Shown here: one piece after another, positions 62,492 through 64,000 of the stretch
Layout of the letters: each line of letters opens with the position of its first letter
How positions within the stretch are numbered: position 1 is the first letter of the stretch
From: Lingula anatina
Taxonomy: Eukaryota > Animalia > Brachiopoda
Length of the DNA stretch: 64,000 nucleotides
NCBI GenBank assembly: GCA_051362555.1
Contig: CM120642.1
Span: forward strand, 27,714,001-27,778,000
Reading direction: 5' to 3'
The notes under the pieces: generated by a model
Seen by the model: only the letters and a program-made list of their open reading frames with translations
What the model was told of the DNA's origin: nothing
Databases searched by the model: none
Translations under genes and position numbers: made by a program

Positions 62492-64000
62492 AACGATTTC
62501 CTGAAAGACCAACTTTAAAATGTATGTCTATTCAGCAAAATAATGTAATTAAATACAACTATGAGTAATGTATTTAAACTACGGCCGTATATGCGATGGC
62601 CATGTGGGATTATAATTGCATACCTTGATGCAAAACAGTCTATCGTTTCTTCCACCGCGAGTCCCTTTAATTAATGTATTATATTACTCTTTACCCTTTT
62701 TATTTGACACTGTCTCCGTTTCTCTCCCCTTTTCCTTTCTCTTGTAAGAAGGAGGGCAAATAATTAAGCATTCGAAATATGCATCACCAATCTTCAGAAA
62801 AGAATGAGTGAATGAATCATTGGGATGGCCCACAACGTCCGACACAGCAGAATAAATTAAGTAACAGCTTTCACAGATTTAACTGCATTTAGCTGTATAG
62901 CGTCACTATATACATAATCCGCTGCACGCGCGAAGCTGTTGAACAAAAGGATAGTTCTCTATGGAAGACCTTTTGTTTACATAAGTACTCTAAGGGGGCG
63001 TGCCTACCCAGGCGACAAGAGAATAAGGCTAGTCACTATATTCCGTCAAATTCGTTTAGCGACCCTATCATTATCACACTCCCTCTATTGTATTTTCTGA
63101 CGTTATAATTGTATCTAATCTTCTTACGTTAGATGGAATAAATGCACACATACATAATCTTATGACTGTATATGTAAAAATTTACGACAGGTAAAAATGT
63201 CCGACTTTTGGTCTGACAAGTGTGAAAATTCTGTCAAACTGAAGCAAACCCGTCAGACCAGAACAAAATGCATTTAATATTTTTCAACGTATTAAAATCG
63301 TAGTGTAATACTTAGCATATTTGTATTACTTTACAAATACGCTGTTAGATTATTTTTATTATCCATTTAATGTCCTACCAAACATGTGCTATGCACGAGA
63401 AGCTTATAGAAAGGCTTTTCTAAATAGCAATATATAACCCATAAATTTTCCAATTAACTTGTCGTTGAGTTCAGAAATACATAACTTTTTATTTTGTCGA
63501 TAACGCATTCAACAAGAGTTCTGAGCCGATGTACTTAAAAAAATGGATAAATCAAGCACAGTTTTAAAACCTGAATTTTATCTGATAACTTAAGAGGAGG
63601 CAATGTTTATTGAGCAGTTGTATTAAATTCTATACAGGATAACCCTGTGCAAAATACAAACATGTAGCTTAATACTTTGACATATTTACAAATAAAGCGA
63701 AAGGAGAACATTTAGTAACTGCAGAATTTATAAAAAATGTCACTGCAACATAGAGTAATGTGCAGCAACAATTTATGCATAAAAATGGAATTGCACAATA
63801 AACCACAACTGGAGACCCACAGAAAAAAGAGTGAAGCAACTATACAGACTTTTTTACATTTTGTTTTGGAGAGTTTTCCTCATATTCATGTAGATAACTT
63901 TTCGAAATATAAAATACATAACATTAAATAACAAATTTACTGATGTTTTACTGATGTGACAAGCTAAAATTGAGGGTAAATCTCCAGTATCTTTTCATCC

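Noticed and set aside
59784-63931. Short ORFs in the last 5 kb
   Set aside because: No recognisable motifs, no consistent splice chain, and mostly non-ATG starts.

Overview
AT-rich, intron-containing animal genomic DNA. The repeat repertoire (Helentron/HINE satellite carrier, Kolobok-, Harbinger- and Tc1-type elements, Penelope, CR1 and Rex1-like LINEs) suggests a lophotrochozoan, probably a mollusc (inference). All exon boundaries below were read by hand from GT/AG sites and frame continuity. (1) 1-7425 (+): 3' part of a gene with 13 visible exons, encoding at least 3 farnesoic-acid-O-methyltransferase-like (Methyltransf_FA) domains, a winged-helix segment and a C-terminal PNP/UDP nucleoside-phosphorylase-fold domain. 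(2) About 9.2-42.9 kb (+): a tandem array of seven copies of a two-exon, type-II membrane FkbM/Methyltransf_21 ('Star-like') SAM methyltransferase gene. Four copies are intact, two are frameshifted and one is frameshifted and lacks exon 2. The copies are mosaic, and their variation is concentrated in a few short loops around conserved SAM motifs. (3) 50211-53453 (-): a TNF-receptor-like gene that the ORF track misses, ending in a GPI-signal-like tail with no cytoplasmic domain. The rest is transposon debris, including a three-level nested insertion and a Penelope relic with a minimal hammerhead-ribozyme motif. The leading candidate for an undescribed system is a rapidly diversifying family of secretory-pathway (possibly glycan) O-methyltransferases, flanked by an FAMeT-wHTH-PNP protein and a decoy-type TNFR. 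Its function is inferred, not shown.
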